The notes below the pieces were generated by a model that was not told where the DNA came from, made no database searches, and saw nothing but the letters and a program-made list of their open reading frames with translations. Made by a program: the position numbers and the translations under genes. From contig OX597828.1 of the NCBI GenBank assembly GCA_951406725.2, forward strand, positions 71,734,001-71,798,000: DNA of 64,000 bases. Direction: 5' to 3'. Positions 58,580 through 64,000 of this stretch are shown here, piece by piece. Position 1 is the first letter of the stretch. Each line of letters starts with the position of its first letter. This DNA comes from Octopus vulgaris. Taxonomy: Eukaryota.

Positions 58580-59345
58580 CATCATGAAACAAAATGGACG
58601 TCGACATCGTTACGTGGTTAAGAAATTCACTTCACAAATATGTGGTTCCGTGACTTGAGTCTACAACCAAAGCATCATGGCTGAAGTTTGGCGGACGGCG
58701 ACTTCGTGGAAAATCGACGGAGGGAGCATCCTGTTCGTCATTGATGTATACACGGCACAGGAGTATGGTAAGAAGTTTACTTCCCATCCTGGTTCCGTCC
58801 CACCACGTGGCACCTTGGGCAAGTGGCTTCTACTATAGCCTCATGCCGGCCAAAGCCTTGTCAGTGGATTTGGTAGACGGAAACTGAAAGAAGCCCATCG
58901 TCTGCGTGTGTGTATGTGTGCGCGCGCGTATCTTTGTGTCTGTGTTCGTTCCCCTCATGACCACTTGACAACCGGTATTGGCGTGTTAACATCCCCGTAA
59001 CTTAGCGGTTTGTCAAAACAAATCGACACAATACAAAATCAAGTACTAAGGTCGATTCATGCGGCTAAAATTATTTAAGGCGGTGCCCCAGCATGGCCGC
59101 AGTCTGATGTCTGAAACAAGTGAACGATAAAAGATCATGAAACATTTTGGACGTCGACATCGTTTTGTGGTTAAGAAATTCACTTCATATATATGTGGTT
59201 GCGTGTTCGACCTTACTGCGGGGCACCTAGTAAATGTGTGATGTTGTTGTAGTCTTCAGTCTGCAGCCAAAGCATTTTGGTTGAAGTTTGGAGGCCGTAG
59301 ACAGCGTGGAAAACCGTCGGAGGGAGCATCCTGTTTGTCATTGAT
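58580..59345 (+). repeat. Diverged direct repeat (58580-58746 and 59134-59345) flanking a SINE family B copy (58754-59133)
   Basis: Both units run atcatgaaaca...ggacgtcgacatcgtt..gtggttaagaaattcacttca to ggagggagcatcctgtt.gtcattgat. Confidence 0.8.
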
Positions 59346-59359
59346 ACACGTAAGGAGCT

Positions 59360-59670
59360 GGTTGCGACGATGAGTGTTCTAGTAGAGCCGCTTAACAGAA
59401 CAGCATTCTCATGAAATTAACATGCAAGTGGCTGAGTACTCCGCAGACATGCGTACCCTTAACGTAGTTCTCAGGAAGATATAGCGTGATACAGAATCTG
59501 ATAAAGCTGGTCTCTTTGAAATAACAGGTACAACTCTTTTTTTGCCACCTGAATGGACTGAAGCAACATGAAATAATGTGTCTTGTTCAACGATACTATG
59601 CACCGCCAGGAATCGAACTCACGACCGTACGATTGTGGGCCGAATACCCCTAACCTCTAAGCAACGCACC
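59360..59670 (-). mobile_element. SINE family C
   Basis: Family C core. Confidence 0.8.
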
Positions 59671-60074
59671 CTCTCTAACTGCCCTGTTTAACACCACCAG
59701 TTAGTCTGTGGGTATTCGGCTTAGGGCCGTGAGGTTGTGGGTTTGTTTCATGAGTTCCTTTATTGCAGTGAGTCCTTGAGCAAGATACTTCATATCACAC
59801 ATCACACTGTTCTTGTCTACTCAACAGCCGTGGTGCTGTTGCAACATTCCCCTTCCTCCTCCTCCCCCTCCCCCTCCTTCCCCATTACCACATTCTGGAT
59901 GTTTTACTGTTGTCAAGGGTGACGGCGAGCTGTGAAAATGTCTATGTAAGCTCGCACCAAAGCATAAGCACCTAAAACAATTAGAGAAAGCATGGTACAC
60001 ATCGAACTCCAATTTTGGCACAAGGCCAACAATTTCGTAGTAACGGGGCTGGGGTTTCAGTCGAGGGTTCAGTC

Positions 60075-60290
60075 AGGTACTTATTCTTCTCTACTATAGG
60101 CACAAGGCCTTAAGCAAGGTACATATTCCTTTCTATTATAGGCAGAAGACCTTAAGCAAAGTACGTGTTCCTCTCTAATAACGCGCCTTGTGATCCCGGA
60201 ATCGAACCCACGACCTTATGACCATGAACCGAGCAAGGTACGTATTCTTCTCTATTATAGGCACAAGGCCTCAAGGAAGGTACATATTAT
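60075..60290. repeat. ~41-bp minisatellite with a 54-bp SINE-head insert
   Basis: Units aaggtac.tattc.t.tcta.tataggcacaaggccttaagc; insert at about 60179-60231. Confidence 0.75.
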
Positions 60291-60937
60291 CAAGTAAAAC
60301 TTGAGATTTATGGCTGGCAGTATATTTCAGATTTGATCAGACAAGACATTTTTATCTCTTTGCTTTTAATCAAGTATTGAGTACCTAGGACTATATTATC
60401 AAATTGGTTCTTTTTTAAATTTAAGTTGGTAAGCCCCAGGTCTAAGAATAACTTGTTTGTCTCCTCCAATCAGTCTCCGAGAAATTAAAATGTGTGATGG
60501 GCGCTGCACCTCCTCCGCAACTAAGTCATCAAAATGAAGAAACTGTCTGCCGAAATCTTTACAAATGAAATAAAAGCCGTCATTATTAAATTATAAACAA
60601 TTCATTTTAACTTCGACTGAATTCCAACCACTTCGCAGATGAAAACAGAATCATTAGAACATTCTAAAATTGGTAGAGATCGATAAGTGTTCAATTAAAA
60701 TAAAAAAAAACAAAAGCCAGCTAAAACAAAAAATCGAAAACCAAATATTTTGATGCCTGAAACAATTTTAATTTTTTAGTGTCTGTAAAATAGTTTAAGA
60801 TATAATATCAGATGTAGAGGTCTCGTCTTGAGAGTGTCCTATTCGTACACACACACATACATATATACATACATACATACATACATACATACATACATAC
60901 ATACATACATACATACATACGTACGTACGTACGTACG

Positions 60938-60969
<32 letters not shown>

Positions 60970-60980
60970 GCAATAAACAC

Positions 60981-61442
<462 letters not shown>

Positions 61443-61455
61443 ATCTATCTATCTA

Positions 61456-61528
<73 letters not shown>

Positions 61529-61727
61529 AATTTATGAGAGAAGAGGGAACAAACGGGCTTCAATTACAAATTACAGCATTTGTCTTTCTGCACTGACAAC
61601 AGCTTTATGTTACTGAGTTTTCATTCTCAAACCATTACATAAATTTATTTTATTAATAATTACATAACTAAATATGATTCAACAACAGCTGTGTGCCGGC
61701 GCTTCATCGGGTAGATTGCTTTTAAAG

Positions 61728-61771
<44 letters not shown>

Positions 61772-61830
61772 AATTCGACTTATTGAGTATATATGTGGAT
61801 GTCCGCTTGCTTTAGTTGGTACAATCATGG

Positions 61831-61877
<47 letters not shown>

Positions 61878-62146
61878 TTTATTTACTTTTTTTGTGTGGT
61901 TACACATTTTAATAGACTGGACTGTTAAATATATATGCCTGCTTTAAATGTGAGTGTACATGTATTTCCTTGATGTTGGTTATAGAACTATGAGTTCAAT
62001 ATGGAACATTATTGTCTTTGTTAATGTATATTGACCTATATTGTTTATATTGTATTATTGTGTATATATATATGTGTAGAAATATGAGTGTCTATGCACA
62101 CATATTTATATTTATATGTAAATTTTTTTCATACTTACATTAAATT

Positions 62147-62244
62147 CTCTGAAGAGGCCGTGAGACATTCTTGTTAATGTCTCATTTATACAGCTAATAG
62201 GTTAAATGGGACATACCTGTCTTCACGGCCGAAACAGCTGTCAG
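62147..62244 (+). ncRNA. Hammerhead ribozyme motif with canonical core and extended stem II
   Basis: CTGAAGA-ggccgtga[59 nt]tcacggcc-GAAA-cagctg-TC. Helix III is the palindrome ACAGCTGT; stem I is only 2 bp in cis. Confidence 0.65.
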
Positions 62245-62410
62245 CTACAATATAAATGTATTTTCTATTACTATTTCTATGTCTTGTTATATTTGTAATA
62301 TATTATGTATAATATAACTGCTGTTGTGTAATGGTTTAATAAAGTATTGATTGGGTATTATCTGATGGTTGATGATTGATTTAGGTATATTTCTCCATTT
62401 TCTCATTTTG

Positions 62411-62467
<57 letters not shown>

Positions 62468-62492
62468 ATTATATATATATTATATATATATT

Positions 62493-62514
<22 letters not shown>

Positions 62515-62529
<15 letters not shown>

Positions 62530-62766
62530 GTATGCACGTATATATGTATGTATGTATGTACGTATATATGTATGTATGTATGTACGTATATATGTATGTA
62601 TGTATGTATGTACGTATATATGTATGTATGTATGTATGTACGTATGTATGTAAGTATGTATGTATGTATGTATGTATGTATGCATGTATGTATGTATGTA
62701 TGTATGTATGCATGTATGTATGTATGTACGTATGTATGTATGTATGTATGTATGTATGTATGTATG

Positions 62767-62796
<30 letters not shown>
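62515..62796. repeat. (TATG)n microsatellite
   Basis: Direct inspection. Confidence 0.95.
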
Positions 62797-62798
<2 letters not shown>

Positions 62799-63914
62799 GT
62801 AATGAATATATTGGTATCACATTTATTACTGGTTACAATCGTTTCAATAACAGTCGGGATAGATAAATCCTTGTAGATGCTGGAAACATGTGTTCAGCGT
62901 AAGAATATTATAATATTCATTCGAGTGATGCCTTCTGTCTCAACTTTGAGCCTCGCGATTTCTCATTTTATCAAATGATCATTTTAATTCTGTAATGGCG
63001 TTGCTTTGTTGGCGAACACAGGTCACTTAAATCTTACGGAAACGGCTGTAGGTCACAACCAAATAAAAAGAAGAAAAAGGCGCATAAAAATATTTTTCGT
63101 AAAAGAAGACAACTGCACTTCATTTAATCGTAAAAATTCACTGGCTCAAAGACGTTAACTTGGTTTAATCCTCCTTCCAGTTGAAAGCATTCATAAATAC
63201 TGTTAGACAGAACTTTTAAAATCCTGGTTATTATGTACTTCTTTACACAGATATCACAGAGTATTTAACGAGAAATAGTGGAAAGGCAAGCGATACTTGT
63301 ATATGGAACAAAAGTCCACAAATCTCTAGTCACGATAAAACATTTTTTGAACGTCTCATAAGCAACCAGTCCGAATGAAATCGTGGAGTCACAACTAGTT
63401 GTCCCTAAGATAGAAAATATTCACCAACTGAAATAATATACAAAGCTGACTTTGCACGGTTAAAATGTACAGCAGGCTATCGAGAAAAAACTTTAAAAAT
63501 CTTATATTACCAGCGCGTTTATTCCTTTAAATCCAATGGCTGGTGCAATACTACTTCTCTTTCGAAGTACATTTAGTATTTAAAAGATAGAGAGGGAAGA
63601 CACCTTAGAGTAAAATAGGACATTTTTGTTAAGACATGGACAAATAGTTAAGAAACTAGCTTTGCAATCATGACGTCCCACGTTCGATCCTGCAGTATGA
63701 TATTTGGGGAAGGGTACTTTTACAAGCCTTAGTTCGATCCAAGCCTTGTAAATGGAGTTATGTGGGCATAAACTGTGTATGAAGCCTATAAGCACTGCGT
63801 CTGTAATTCAAAGACCCAGCATTGTTTGGCAGTGTAACGCGGAAATTGTCTGATCATTGCGCTAGAAATACCTGTGTCTGTGGAATTGTCAGCTGTTTAC
63901 CCACCAATGTAAAG

Positions 63915-64000
63915 AGGCGTGGCCTAGTGGTCAATGCATTCGGTTCATGGTCATAAGGTCGTGGGTTCGATTCCGGGATCACAAGGCGCGTTATGTCTTT
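63915..64000 (+). mobile_element. SINE head (family C-like), truncated by the window edge
   Basis: ggcgtggcctagtggtc...gggttcgattccg with A/B boxes. Confidence 0.7.

Noticed and set aside
60075-60290. CRISPR-like repeat-spacer appearance
   Set aside because: Units are contiguous with a single insert, the context is eukaryotic, and there are no cas genes.

Overview
AT-rich animal genomic DNA saturated with microsatellites. No host protein-coding gene can be supported, and almost all ORFs in the track are microsatellite read-throughs. The SINE repertoire resembles what I recall for Octopus, so a coleoid cephalopod host is my inference. The window holds about 45 copies or fragments of four tRNA-derived SINE families and six R4/Dong-like restriction-endonuclease (RLE) retrotransposon copies, each ending in a (TAA)n tract; one keeps an open 3' ORF (39533-40900). 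It also holds a 5'-truncated CR1/L2-group LINE whose 3' stem-loop is shared with one SINE family, a solo LTR, Tc1/mariner relics and MITEs. The most striking signal is a set of short non-coding modules, mostly next to (TA)n tracts. They carry minimal type I hammerhead ribozyme motifs with palindromic helix III and/or long fold-back or partial-tandem repeats. This is the signature of Penelope-like element pseudo-LTRs or non-autonomous retrozyme-like elements, and several unrelated families are present.
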